A stretch of DNA of 64,000 nt from Xylographa opegraphella (lineage: Eukaryota), in NCBI GenBank assembly GCA_022813865.1, contig JALDZX010000015.1:1-64000 (forward strand), read 5' to 3'. Made by a program: the position numbers and the translations under genes. Below are positions 38,850-52,531 of this stretch, piece by piece; the stretch's first letter is position 1; every line of letters starts with the position of its first letter. A model generated the notes under the pieces. The model made no database searches. It was not told where the DNA came from and saw only the letters and a program-made list of their open reading frames with translations.

Positions 38850-39877
38850 TATCGAATCGCAAGTCGGATTGAGAAGATAAGATCAAAAGATATCAATGCG
38901 AACCACAGGTAAAAAGTGGCTTGACTAGAATAACCCGAGAGCGGACAGGTATACGATAGTGAATGCTGAGCTGTAGCTGTGTCCGATGAGGTCCTGATAA
39001 TCGCGGCAGTGCGGAAACAGGAACAAGGTTCAAAGAACGGTACCGCCCAGCGTATGCCGGAAACGCAATGCCATTTGAGTTAGAGTACCTAAGGTCGATT
39101 ACAGGTCTTGGTGAGGTAAGAGTTTATCTTCTGAGGAGGATTCACGCCAAGGACGGGTTAGGAAGAACAGGGAAGCGAGAAATCGTCGCGTGCCCCCTGT
39201 CACCGAAAGGAGAAAGCGCTGCCGTATCAACACGTCGTCCAATCCAACACAGCCGATAGAGAAATATAGAGCTCGACTACTCGTTGGTGTCTCTGCCAAC
39301 GTCTCTACGACCGACTTCGTCACTCTTGCAAGGCACTCTTGGAAGGTCTCTTGAGAATACGAAGGAGAGGACTTACTACGTCATAATCACCAACGCGAAA
39401 AAAGGAAGTGGAGCTAAGGAACAATCTTGCACAGCCACACTTTACTCTAACCTACTGAATACGTGCTCTTTATGTGCTGCTTTTGACACGTGAAAGAAAG
39501 CTGAGTCACATGACTGTCAGATGCGTGGCTTCCCGGAAAGCCGATAGTGAGCCGACATATCAAAACGATTGCAGTCTGCCGTGAAGGTATGTAATCCAGT
39601 TTGCACAACAACGGTGGAGAACATGCTCCTAGACCAGTACACTTTACATCGTCTCTTCCGTTCTTCCTTAATACTGTCTTTATCAAGACTGGTCTGATTA
39701 ATACAGTGCATCTGATTGCTGCACGAGCTCGCAAGGTGCCATTAATTTGGTGACTGAGTGAGGCTCCCGATTACTTTGGCTACTTTTCCAGGTCGTTTCA
39801 ACAACTCGGATCTACTTTGCATATAGCGCACCAAATTCTCACTTTTCGAACAGTTTGACTTCACGACGATCACCACT

Positions 39878-42800
39878 ATGCCTTCCACGGAGCCAATTGC
39901 TACCGCCATGGGCGAGCCAGACATCATGAACGACCCTACTTATCAAACGAATTCGAAAGGCAAAGAGAATAGTAGTGATGAGCTAGATACTTGTAGGATA
40001 TGTCGAGGTGAAGGGTCCACAAATGAGCCGCTGTTTTACCCTTGCAAATGCAGTGGTAGCATCAAGTTTGTTCATCAGGGGTGCTTGATGGAATGGCTCT
40101 CACATTCTCAAAAGAAGCACTGCGAACTGTGCAAAACATCCTTTCGGTTCACCAAACTATACCACCCTCAGATGCCCAGTACAGTTCCTTTACCGATCTT
40201 CCTCCGCCAAGCTGCGGTGCATACCTTCAGAAGCTTCCTCACCTGGGCACGGTGGCACCTAGTTCTGTTCGTTTGGCTAGGCTGGGTGCCTTGGTGTATG
40301 CGAACCGTCTGGCGTGGTCTCTTCTGGATCGGAGATGGTGGTTGGGTTGATTGGACAGAGATTCAGAAAAAATCAACAATAACTGCTCAGGAGCAACTGG
40401 AGAAGTTGATGACTTCTGCCACATCCTTTGCAAGCCCAGTTGGGCTCACCTCAAATAACGCTGCAGCAACTCACGTTGCATCGGTAATTCCGGAAGTTTT
40501 ACCATCAAAGTGGGCATCTCTAACGGTCGGCCAAACACAGAGTTTCTCGGGCGTTGAGCCTCGCATTTTTCGATTCACAAAAAAGCTCCTTCGGGGGATC
40601 TTCTACCAGAAATGGAGTGGAAGCGTATTTTTGGACTCCACTGCCTCTCAAAACATTACTGGACCGATTAGGCTTTCTTTGCGGTCGCCCTCGTTGCTCT
40701 CCGATCTGAACTTCCTTGGGACTTTAACGAGGTGGCCGATGATAAACAATTTGATCATTGATGTCCTCGAAGGACAGCTTATCACACTTCTAGTTGTTGT
40801 TGCCTTTGTCTTGATATTTCTCATCAGAGAATGGGTTGTACAACAACAACCAGCAATCAATATGGGCGAAGCTTTCAACGCCGCTGTTGTTGCTGTCGAA
40901 GGTCGAGAAGCGGAAGAACCTGTGCAATTGCAGATAGGTAATCCAAATATAGAACAAGGTCCTGAAGTAGCTGCGCAAGGGGACAACGATAACGCTAATG
41001 GAAACGGTATGCCTCCTCCAGCTGGTGCAAGGCGTGCAAGATTATTGGCCATACCCAGACCTGCTCGTCGACTCAGGATACCGCCTGGCGGTCCTGATCG
41101 TGAGGATAACGGCATGCCTCCTACTGATGAACCTGCCGAAGTTACAGGTCCGGAAGGGCCATCTGGTATTTCATTAAGTCCAGCGAACTCATCTATGCCT
41201 GAACGCCCACGAAGCGTAAGTGATGCTGGGCCATCTACAATTTTCCAACGACCTGTCATGCCGACTAGAGATGCTCTAGCTTGCGCAACGGAGATTCAGC
41301 GCACTATGGAAGAACATACAAGAGCTTCCGGTCAGGATTGGCCTGGTATCAATGTCTTTATGGATATCTGGAATAGAGCTGAAAGTAAGCCCAGCGGAGT
41401 ATTGAGAATAATAAGAGACGAAGGCCGAGAGGAAGAATTAGGTTGGATAGTCTTAGCAATGAGGCGGCTACAAAGTGCTGACTCGGAAGATGCTTTGGGT
41501 AACGAGAGCCACGAAGCCAACGGATCTTCTTTGCTCACGACTGAAGGCCCTTCCAGTGAGCAACAGAGCGATGCCAGTAACGAGAGTTGGCAAGTAGTCG
41601 AGGATGTCGCGTGCACTAACCGTAGTACATCGCCAACTACTGAGCATCCAAGTGCTTGTGATGCCTTACAGGAGCAACAAATGCCGCTACTGAAACCAGA
41701 ATCTCAAGATCACTTGAATATGGCATACGAAGCGCTCGATACAACGGACGACACAATAGAAAATAACAACCATGATACCCCAGGGCATTCCCACCGAACC
41801 ACAAGCAACACTGGCACGGCGAATACGGATGTGGCTATCCTTGATAATATCCCAGAGATCCCGACTATACATGACGAGTCACTTCGGAGACTGGAAAGTC
41901 ACCAGAATGAACAGCAACAAATTTCGCAACAAGAATTGCCCGATGATAGTGTTCGCAATAGTTCTGAAGAACCACCACGCACAATAAGGTTATCAGACAT
42001 AACAGATATTTCGGACGGAAGCATGAATGGTATACCAGAGCTCATTCAAAGTACACCGTCACAGCAAGATCTGGACTCGTCTCACACCCCGGATCCATCA
42101 ATGAGCTCGAACACTACTACGGAAGTCGCAAGCGCAGCAATCGGCGCTCAAAGCCTAACAGAAACAGTGATGGAATGGCTATGGGGTGGTACAGCTCAAG
42201 CTGGGCTCCCGCCTGAGGACCAGGGTGAAGACGACGAGCACGTCGTACGTGATGTACAAGAAGAAGCACCCTTCGTTCATATGGCTCAAGGGCAATTAGT
42301 GCTTCATGGTGGTAACGATATTCATAATGTCGGCCAAGATCCTGAGGTGCTTCGCGCTGCAGCCGAAGCAGGCCTTGACCCTAACGATGCCGAAGCAATC
42401 GATGATGGAGAAGATCTGGAAGGTGTGATGGAGCTTATTGGTATGCAAGGCCCAATAGCTGGTCTCGTTCAGAATGGCATGTTCAGCGCTGTACTCATCT
42501 CCTTGACGGTTTTCTTCGGTATATGGATTCCCTACATCGCTGGCAAACTCTTCCTGGTTTTTCTAGCCAATCCTATCTCGCTATTGGTGAAATTGCCTCT
42601 TCGCTGGGCGTCAACGATAGCAGATTTCATCATCGACACTTGTGTTTTTGTTGCGGCATGCGCATTCTACTGGACCGACACTGTTATTAGGTGGATCATT
42701 AGCCCTGTCGGTTTGTTAGTGCCCTTCTTGGCAAGAATCAACAGCAATAGTGCTCTATCTGCTACTGCATGGAGCTATGGAAGTGCAGCTAGCGAGCGTC

Positions 42801-45224
42801 TTGTTAAGATGTTTGAATCGACCAGTGACAGCTTTGTGGAGTCGGATATTCCGGCCTTTTCAATCATAGCCCACGAATCACTGAAGAAAGCAGAACAGCG
42901 ATTGACAGAATTTACTGTCGGCTCCGTGACTCTCATGAGAAACATGACATCTATTCAGTCCAATCAGACGGTCAGTGTACAAGAGAGCTGGAATCAGCTT
43001 GCCCATATCGTGCTTGTCGGATTCAGTGAAGTACTTTCGCTCATTAATCGGAAAACACTGAATGCTGTGAAAATGGCGCCATCGTTACTGAGTATCAATC
43101 CGCTCCGCATCAGCCTGGACATACCTCAAAGGACTCAACCACTGGATTACAGCCTTGCCAGCTGGAATACAAGAGATCGCATTGTTGCTATCTTCCTAGG
43201 ATACGTCTCATTTACCATTGCGGGCGCTCTATATTTGCGGATACGAGCTGTTTTTCAGGATAAGCGTGATCCAGACCAAGCTCAAGGTACTTTTGTCGAT
43301 ATCCTGAATCAAGCGGCAGGCGTTATGAAGGTGATACTGATCATCGGAATCGAAATGATTGTGTTTCCTCTCTACTGTGGTTTGCTTCTGGATGGTGCGC
43401 TTCTACCGCTCTTCGACAACGCATCTGTACTATCGAGGATCAGGTTCACCATGGACTCTCCATACACTTCCATATTCATTCACTGGTTTGTGGGAACTTG
43501 TTACATGTTTCATTTCGCATTGTTCGTAGCTATGTGCCGCGAGATCATGCGAACTGGGGTACTTTGTAAGTCCGACTCTGGTACTATTCTAAATGAATTG
43601 ATTAACGGAAGTGCCAGATTTCATTCGCGATCCTGACGACCCGACTTTTCATCCCGTGCGAGATGTTCTTGAACGTAACGTTTCAACCCAACTCCGCAAG
43701 ATAGCATTCAGTGCTCTGGTATATGGTGCTTTGGTTATTATTTGCTTAGGAACCATCATCTGGAGTCTCGCATTTGCAGTGGATGGCGTATTCCCTATTC
43801 ATTGGTCGTCTAACGAGCCAGTTCTAGAATTTCCGGTTGACCTCCTCGTATACAACTTTCTTATGCCGCTTGCTGTCAAGTTTTTGAAACCATCAAACGG
43901 GTTGACCAAAATGTATGACTGGTGGTTTCGAAAATGTGCTCGGATGTTGCGATTATCACACTTTCTTTTTGGTGAGCAGAAGGACGACGAAGAGGGACAT
44001 CATGTTCGTCGAACATGGTGGGATGTTCTGGCTGGCAAAAGAGGTGATCCGACAATGCCTGTCCGAGAATGTCGGAAGTTCCTCGCAGAAGATCGTGACA
44101 CGGACGCCTTCTTCCTCCGAGACGGCCGCTATGTCCGTGCTCCCGCTTCTGATCAGGTTCGAATTCCCAAAGACTCGGATACATTTCTTGAAGTCGATGA
44201 AGACGGAAATCGAATCGACGGTCTCCCAGATAAGGACGACGGATTACATGGTCGCGGAAGCAAGATGTTCACAAAAATCTACATACCTCCATACTTTCGC
44301 TTCCGCATCGGCGCTTTCATTGTTCTGATCTGGCTCTTTGCCTCCACCACCGGTGTCGGCATAACCATTATTCCTCTACTCTTTGGCCGCTACGTCTTCG
44401 CGCGCCTCGTTCCGAACCATCTTCGCATGAACGATATCTATGCATTCTCGATAGGCATCTACCTCCTCGGCGGCCCGATTTACCTCCTATTCCACTTCCG
44501 CCAACGCTTGTCGTCCCTTGCGAACAATACTCGCCATCTCATATCTGCTTCTCCCCCTTCCTCCTCTACGCTTCTCGAATCGTTCCGCCGCACAGCTCCA
44601 TGCGCCATTCTCGCCACGCGCTTTCTCTACTTCTATTTCACCCTCACCATCCTCCTCCCCTCACTCTTTGCGCTCCTCATGGAAGCCTATCTCGTCATCC
44701 CCCTCCACACCTACTTCTCACCACCATCCCCCACTTCAACCCCCCATACCATCCATTTTGTCCAAGACTGGACCCTCGGCGTTCTCTATCTCAAAATGGC
44801 AGGCCGCCTCGTCCTTTGGCACGCCAACGCCCGACCCGCCATAGCCATGAGAGCCATCGTCGCCGGCCCCGCCCACAGCTGGTTGAGGCCCGACGTCCGC
44901 CTCGCCACTCGGGCCGTTATCTTCCCCGCAACGCTGGTGATGGTGCTTGGCTTAACGGCGCCTTTGGGAGTTGGTTGGCTGGCCAATAAGACCGTATTTA
45001 CTGGACTGGATGCCACCGTACACCAAGTCGTCTATCGATACAGCTACCCCGTGGTGGCGGGATTGGCGGTCGGCTCCGCGGGGTGTGTAGCGCTGGCGAA
45101 GGCACTGGGTGGGTGGAGGGGTAAGGTTCGGGATGAGGTCTATTTGATTGGGGAGAGGCTGCATAATTTCGGGGAGCGGAGAGGGGGCGTTGGAGCGGGG
45201 TCCAGGGTGGCGGTTAGTGGGTAG
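39878..45224 (+). CDS. SSM4: ERAD E3 ubiquitin ligase Doa10/Ssm4 (MARCH6), RING-CH plus multi-TM
   Basis: CRICRGEG..PLFYPCKCSGSIKFVHQGCLMEWL..CELC; TD-domain GPIAGL, HWFVGTCYM, GVLYFIRDPDDP; ends DEVYLIGERLHN. One intron 43566-43617. Confidence 0.96.
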
Positions 45225-45948
45225 CGGAAGGGGGGTGGGATGGGATGTTTTGGGGGCCCGACGAGTCGAGAGAGCGGTCAAGCTTTGGGGTCGACGGCGA
45301 CGGCTTGGGAAGAGGTGCAGTCGCGCCATTAGGTTGCATAGATGATGCAGAATAGTGCCAGTACCTTTACGTGTGATGACACTATCTAGAATGCAGCTTG
45401 TTTACAGATGCATCCTTATCGTCGTCTAGGGTTTTCCTGTAGCGGGCATTTTGAGATACGCAGTTACTTCGGCCACACAGATACCCGCCTCTCCCTAGCC
45501 ATGATAGCTGACACGAGAATCACTCGACCGTTGTGATACGAGCTACGTGGGACCGGAGTGTGCTGGCAGTTCTACTGTATAACAGATCCTCCCGGATCTT
45601 TGCTTCCGTGTCCGATTTTCACATCCTCACGTTCTGCAGTGCTCCCCAGTCCTGAAAAAAAACCTTTGATAGAGAAATATAGGTACTCAAACTTTCGAAT
45701 TCGGCCATATTATTCTGCAGATACAACGATGACTGGCGTGTCCACTACTTCCCGTGATGCCAACAGTACATTCGTGAGCTTCCGGCCGAGCCGCGAGAAA
45801 GGGACCGCATGGCCAGGCGGCCCATTATGACATCACGGGCTCTACCTTGTAGGCTGCGCGTCGGATCACAGCTTGAGGTCACCGCCGCGCGCTCGCGCTA
45901 TCTGCTCGCCTGCACGAATCGTCTCAGCATCGCAGAAGCCATCGCCGT

Positions 45949-47375
45949 CTAGGACGCCACCTCCGTACCTCGCGCGCACGACCGCGCCATCTCGAACTGC
46001 ATCGATGGTGAATTAGCCATATGTCTAATGAAGCACGAGTGCATATATAACGAACCTGCTCGTCCGTCTGACACACCAGCGTGCGGTGCCTCGCGTCCTC
46101 CTTCCCAATATCCTGCACCATACGCTCGATCGGGGCGCCGTTCCGCGCCTCATCCAGCTCGAAGCCGAGACAGCGGCACTTATCGACGATGGCGGTGCGC
46201 AGGGAGGCGCCCTTCTCGCCGATGCCGCCGGCGAAGACGAGGGCGTCGACTTGGCCGTCCAGTTTCACGTAGTAGCTGCCGACGAAGCCGAGGATGCGGT
46301 CGACGACGATGGCGAAGGCGAGCTGGCATTCCGGGGTGGAGGAGCCGGAGATTTGCCCGAAGTCGGTGGTCCCTGTGAGAGCTTTCCAGCCGGATTTCTT
46401 GTTGAGGATTTCCTCGGCCTGGGGAGGGTTGTTACTTAGGATTTTTGGGGGTGGGGGGTAGGGTTACGTGCGGTGCTGATGTGTAGTTCTTTGGAGCTAC
46501 TGGGGCTTGGTTTGCCGGCGTCGTGTGTGAAGTGGAAGATGAGACTGTCGATGGTGAGCATTCGGCTCTCGTCGTATATTGTGAAGTTTGGGGCTGATAT
46601 ACCTCGGATCAACACTGCCACTTCTTGTTGCACCAGGCAGCCCTTCGAGCGGCGTGAGCCCCATGCTCGTATCTACTGATTCCCCGTTTTCGATCGCACA
46701 TGCCGAAGCGCCGCTACCGAGATGTAACGCGATGATTGTGGTATCTTCCGGTTTTTTATTGAGGTATTCCGCAACAGTGCGCGTAATGAAGGCGTAGCTG
46801 ATGCCATGAAAACCATATTTCCGAAGCCCGTTTCTTTGCGCGATCTTTGGGTCGATGAGGTAAGTTCGAGCTGCGGCCGGGATGGTCTGATGGAACGACG
46901 AGTCGTAGTATGCAATATTAGTGGCTTTGGGCAACGCTTTCTGGCATTCCTTGACTATGGACAGAGCGCCCGCGTTGTGCAGCGGTGCAAGATCCATGAG
47001 CTCTTCGAGACGATGATATGTTGCCGAGTCAATGACATGTGCGGTGGGCGCATCGCCTCCATGAACGACTCTATGACAGGCGTGGGTGATGCTGTCTCTG
47101 TCGGAGATGTCCTGCAGCTCATGGTCGTCCGTCAGGTGGTCGAGAATAGCTTCAAAAGCAGATTCCTGGGAGTCCACTCCTTTGGCTTCTTGATCTTTGC
47201 AGATAGTCTTGGAGGCACGTTTGTAATCTAGAGTTGCTGGTGGTGCTGTCAGTCCTGATATCTGGGCTTCGGCGAGCTGGGTGGGCGGCTTGGAAGCGTC
47301 CTCGGACTTGTAGACGGAGACCTTGACACTGCTTGAGCCGGCATTGATGGCGAGTATGATCTTTTGTTTCGCCAT
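45949..47375 (-). CDS. ackA: Acetate kinase
   Basis: ILAINAGSSSVK, HRVVHGG, LAPLHN, YGFHGISY, HLGSGASACA, TSMGLTPLEGLPGATRSGSVDP, LVFAGGIGE, QTDEQFEMA; 3 introns. Confidence 0.96.
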
Positions 47376-48122
47376 TGGGATGTAAAGGCAGGCTACAGCT
47401 GGGTTATGTCCTCATCGAACGCTACCAAAGTAGAGGTCTTCCATATCCTATCTCTTCCACCGTTCCGGCCCGTGTTGACGTTAAGCCATGTGACATCATT
47501 GTTGGGTATTGTAGCTCCGTACCGTGCTCCGTATGGAGGACGCGTATATTATTCCGAGCCAGTAGGATAATACGATACTGTTGAGTTTTTATTGGCAAGC
47601 AGCCCACCGACATCGATGTAGGGCCGGTAAGTCCGTAAGCATTGGTGCAGCTCACACCATCCAAGCGTGATATCCAGCTGGGACGCACCTGTGATTACGC
47701 GACGTTCACGGGTTGGAGGGGCCCAGTCAAGGGCATATTAGGGACATTAGGGGGGTTTTCAAGGGCGCCAGGGGCTTCGGAACCACGCGGTTCGGGGTGT
47801 CGGCGGTTGGGCATCCGATGGTGGGGTTTTCCGGCTAGATAGCTCAAGGAAGCCCCACCATGGAAACAGCTCGGTGCTGCCATGGTGGTGTCGTGGTGTG
47901 ATGTAGCCACAAGGACAAGGCGCCTGCCGTCAATAAGGTAGGCATTGACACGCTACGGTTGTGAGGCTTGTGCAGCTCCCTAGACTACTTCACCAGCTCA
48001 GAGCCCTGCTCTTTTATGCCTGCTGCTCTCACCTTGCCACAATTTCCCTGCTTGCCATTGTGCCAGATCTCCGCCATCAAGGAGTAAACCAGCTGAAGAA
48101 CAGTTGTCTCAAACGCGAGAAG

Positions 48123-50899
48123 ATGCCGGGTGAAGTGATTGACCGCCCGAATCCGCAGGCTCTGCCCTCTCACATCCCCGACGATGTGCTCAAGCTGGCA
48201 GTCCGGCTGGACAAGAGCAAGCTGGACGAGACTGACTACAATGGACTCAAACAGTTCAGAAGAGCTGCGAACTATATCGCGGCAGGTAGGTCCGGGCCAG
48301 CATGGGAGCAATGCCTAATCGCTAATCATCTCGATTAGCTATGATATTCTTAGGAGACAATGTGCTTCTCGAGAGAGATCTAACCTTCGATGACATCAAG
48401 CCGAGGCTCTTGGGTCCGTTATCATCCTCTCCAGGTCTTCGAAAGTGAGCCGTCACTGATCATATTGAGCAGGTCATTGGGGAACGTGCCCCGGCTTGAT
48501 CCTGGTGTATTCCCACCTCAATTTTCTGGTAAGGAAGTATGATATAGATATTATCTTTGTCGTGGGGCCTGGCCATGGAGCTCCGGCCATTCTCGCCTCT
48601 CTTTGGCTCGAAGGATCCATGGGTCGATTCTATCCCCAATACAGTAGAGACCGCAAAGGACTCCACAATCTGATCACGGGTTTCAGCACACCACACGGTC
48701 TGCCGAGTCATATCAACGCCGAGGTGAGTTTTGCTACTCATGTGTCTCATTCTCAAGTACTGATACTCCAATTAGACACCCGGAAGTATTCATGAAGGAG
48801 GAGAGCTTGGGTAAGAAAACACGCACAACTGTTCCTGGACATCAGCTCATAGCCAATATAGCTATGCCCTCTCGGTAGCCTTCGGAGCGGTTATGGATAA
48901 GCCAGACCTTATCGTTGCATGTGTTGTTGGCGACGGAGAAGCCGAGACTGGACCAACAGCCACAGCATGGCATGCGGCCAAGTATATAGATCCAGCCGAG
49001 TCCGGCGCTGTCATCCCAATCTTGCACGTCAACGGATTCAAGATCAGCGAGCGGACCGTAAGCGGCTGTATGGACGACAAGGAGCTTGTCAGTCTATATA
49101 CAGGCTACGGATACCAATGCCGCATTGTCGATGACCTAGAGGATATTGACGCTGACATGCATCGGTCCATGGAGTGGGCCTTGAGCGAAATTAGGCATAT
49201 CCAGAAGGCAGCTAGGTCTGGGAAACCGATCATGAAACCACGCTGGCCGATGATTGTCATGCGGACACCCAAAGGTTGGGGTGCTCCAAAGAAAGTGAAT
49301 GGAGAATTCATGGAAGGCTCCTTCAGAGCCCACCAGGTGCCTCTCATGGCCGCCAAGACTGACGATGCGGAGCTGAAAGAACTCCAAAAGTGGCTTGAGA
49401 GCTACAACGCGAAGGAGCTGTTCACAAAAGAGTGCGATATCAACGACACCATTGCCAGCATCATCCCGCTTGACGACAAGAGAAAACTTGGTCAGCAACC
49501 GATCACCTACGATGCCCATGAGGGATTGAAGGTCCCAGATTGGCGTCAGTACGAAGTCAAGAAGGGCAGTTTGGCTTCGTGTATGAAAACGATTGGGGAG
49601 CTTCTTGATCAAGTCCTTGTTGACAACCCTCATTCGATGAGAATCTTCTCTCCGGACGAGCTTGTCAGCAACAAGCTTGACGCCGTCTTCCGACATACCG
49701 GACGCAACTTCCAATGGGATGAGTTTTCCAACGCACGTGGTGGTCGAGTTATTGAGATGCTCAGCGAACACAATATGCAGGGATTTCTCCAAGGGTATAC
49801 TCTTACTGGCAGAACAGGCCTCTTTCCATCGTACGAGAGTTTCCTTGGCATCGTACATACGATGAGTATGATGATCTCCACAAGCCTTCCGATTGAGCTC
49901 ATACTGACGCACGTTAGTGATTCAATACAGTAAGTTCAACAAGATGGCCCGAGAATCGACCTTCCGCAAGGATATCTCCAGTATTAACTATCTCGAGACG
50001 AGCACATGGACCCGTCAGGAACACAATGGCTTTTCCCACCAGAACCCGTCCTTTATTGGAGCAGTTCTCAACCTCAAGCCATCGGCAGCGCGAGTTTACC
50101 TGCCACCCGATGCAAACACATTTTTGTCGACCATCGCACATTGTTTACGTTCAAAGAACTATGTTAACTTGATGGTCGGGTCGAAGCAACCGGCGCCAGT
50201 CTTTCTCTCCGGCGATGAAGCCGAGTCACATTGCCGAGCAGGAGCTTCCGTCTGGAAATTTGCAAGCGTAGACGACGGTCTTGATCCTGACGTCGTCCTT
50301 GTCGGCATTGGTGCGGAAATCACCTTCGAAGTTATCGTAGCAGCGGCGATGCTCCGAAAAATGGCACCAAGTCTCCGTGTTCGTGTCGTCAATGTGACAG
50401 ACTTGCTGATCCTGGAGCTTGAAGGCTCCCATCCTCACGCTCTGACACATGCTGACTTCGATGCACTTTTCACGGCTGATAGGCCGATCCACTTCAACTA
50501 TCATGGCTATGCCAAGGAGCTGCAGGGTTTGCTGTGGGGTCGGCCAAACTTGCAGCGTATTTCAATCGAGAGCTACGATGAGGAAGGTTCCACCACAACG
50601 CCTTTCGATATGGCCCTGAGAAACAGAGTCAGCCGATACCACGTGGCTGAAGCCGCGGTTAAGGGAGGCGCTACTCGCAACGAGAAAGTTCGATTAGAGC
50701 AGCATGAGCTACTGAGTACGATTCGCCACGAGATCACAAAGACGCAGGAATACATCATGAAGACTTCGAAAGGTGATTCATCAAGCTTATTGTTCCATCG
50801 GATCTCACTAACGTGCTTTCAGATCCCGACGGAACATTTGACGTTCCAGATTTTGAGTCTGGAAAAACAGTCCAAAGAGAGGCAGGTTATGCTGATTGA
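48123..50899 (+). CDS. xpkA: Xylulose-5-phosphate/fructose-6-phosphate phosphoketolase
   Basis: RAANYIAA, GHWGTCPG, GPGHGAPA, SIHEGGELGY, TPP motif VGDGEAETG..NGFKI, FSPDE, LSEH, RQEHNGFSHQNP, EEGSTTTPFDM; 6 introns. Confidence 0.97.
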
Positions 50900-51714
50900 T
50901 CGAGCTCGAATAAGTACGCAGGCTATGGACCTTGATGAGGTTATGTCTGGCCGAAAATTGGGGACCGGGAGCATTTGCATATTCGAAGAGATGTGCTCTG
51001 CATTTTTTGAGCTAAATGTGACCTAAGAGTAATCATCTAATAGGCCTGGCAGTATCGCTATCAGCTGTGACTGCTGTGATCATTGATGACTTTTGCTTCC
51101 CTTCAGCTTCTAACGGCAGCTTACTTGAAATGGATGACATGAGACATATGCCAAAAACGTGATACAGCACCAACCGGAGAAGAAATCATGCTTGGGGATT
51201 TGTCCGCGTGCTAGATAACCCTTGAAACAGATACGGAATACACTTGCAAATGATCTATCGGGCAATTCGGTAAATGCAAGTAAGTCACCAGAACAGCGAA
51301 TGTCTTCGAAGGCCTTTCTATGCTTGACGCTCGAGTAATACTGCATGAGCATGTAGTACCACGAAACCAAAGTAGATAGGAACGGAAATGCTCCCGAGGA
51401 CCACTCATGGGGTTAGTATTCTATACACATCTTGTGTAGTACCTAGAGCCAAACAAATAAAGCACACATGTTGTGCTTGCTGTCAAAGGGTTGCAGTCGC
51501 AGGTTCTGTTCCTACAGCAAATCTGCGCTGTGCGGCCAAACGCCGATGCAATTTCCGAGCCTGGCCCAAAACAGTAACCACAACCAATTACCCGGCCACC
51601 AACTAGCGCCCTCACCGTCTATATATTCAGCTTCCCCTACCATTTCTGTTCTGCATACTTGTACGTTCTCCTCCACCACACCCCTATGTTTTAATAAGTC
51701 CTCAAGCTAATAAT

Positions 51715-51885
51715 CTCATCAGACCTTCTTGGAAGAACCGCGATCAAGCAGGCGGTCTCTTACAAAGCAAGTCCTCCATTGCACAGCGGGGCGACGAGCT
51801 TTGTCGAGTGTCCTTCGGGGCCCTCGCTGGGGGAATTTTTGATGGTCTTCCTCACCTAGAGGTTTCCTTTTTTCATCACGGTGTT
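51715..51885 (-). ncRNA. Putative box C/D snoRNA (about 165 nt)
   Basis: Minus strand: box C GTGATGA (51879-51873), box D CTGA (51722-51719), internal stems ACAAAGC/GCTTTGT and ACCGC/GCGGT, upstream TATAAAT near 51955-51961; no convincing ORF. Confidence 0.5.
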
Positions 51886-52531
51886 AGCCTCGTGCTATGC
51901 TGTGGAGAAGAAGGGGTTAGATATGGTGGTTGTTGTTGGTACTTGTGGTGGACCATTTATAAAAGTGCTTTGGGCTGGTGGTGGGAAATATCAATGCAGG
52001 ACAAGTGGTTTCACATCATAGGGTTGAACTTGCTCCTTATCGGTTCTCTGAATATGCCAGTCTCGCGAATTGTGAAAGCAAGTAATATCACTATTGTGCG
52101 TCGATAGCTAGAGTTATGATGTGCCCTCAGTTCTACAGACCTACGAAAGCTTCCATTGGTGATTGAGCTGCCTGATTACGCACAGCCGTGCTTCTGAGCT
52201 TGACACGCTTGTAGTTCCTGAAGATTTCCGAAGCTGACGTGCAATTACCGCTCCTCGGTCTGGCCAACTGTTGATTTGAATACAAATGTAGAAATTGTGC
52301 TTAGCTAAGGATCACGCGGTCAGACTAGCCGCCTCCATAGCGCAGCTTCGTGAAACTCAATTGAACAGAGGCGCGCTTGTACTGTGAGAGTACAACAGCT
52401 ACTTTCCGCCCCAGTCACTTGATACTCTGCGGACCCTCGAGGCACACTGCATACGGATTTCTTCTACCCTGCGCTCTATATATACCAACGCAACTGCCTT
52501 GCCATCGGCATCCACGCTCCCCACCCCAACC

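Noticed and set aside
49136..49912. 258-aa antisense ORF inside phosphoketolase
   Set aside because: Typical antisense shadow of a codon-biased conserved gene.
45949..50899. Recent bacterial transfer of ackA/xpkA
   Set aside because: Both genes carry several spliceosomal introns and fungal-type sequence features; any transfer is ancient.
51925..51952. CCACCAC/ACCAAC complementarity to 18S helix 34 suggesting an snR4-like guide
   Set aside because: Low-complexity tract directly beside the TATA box, so unlikely to be in the transcript.
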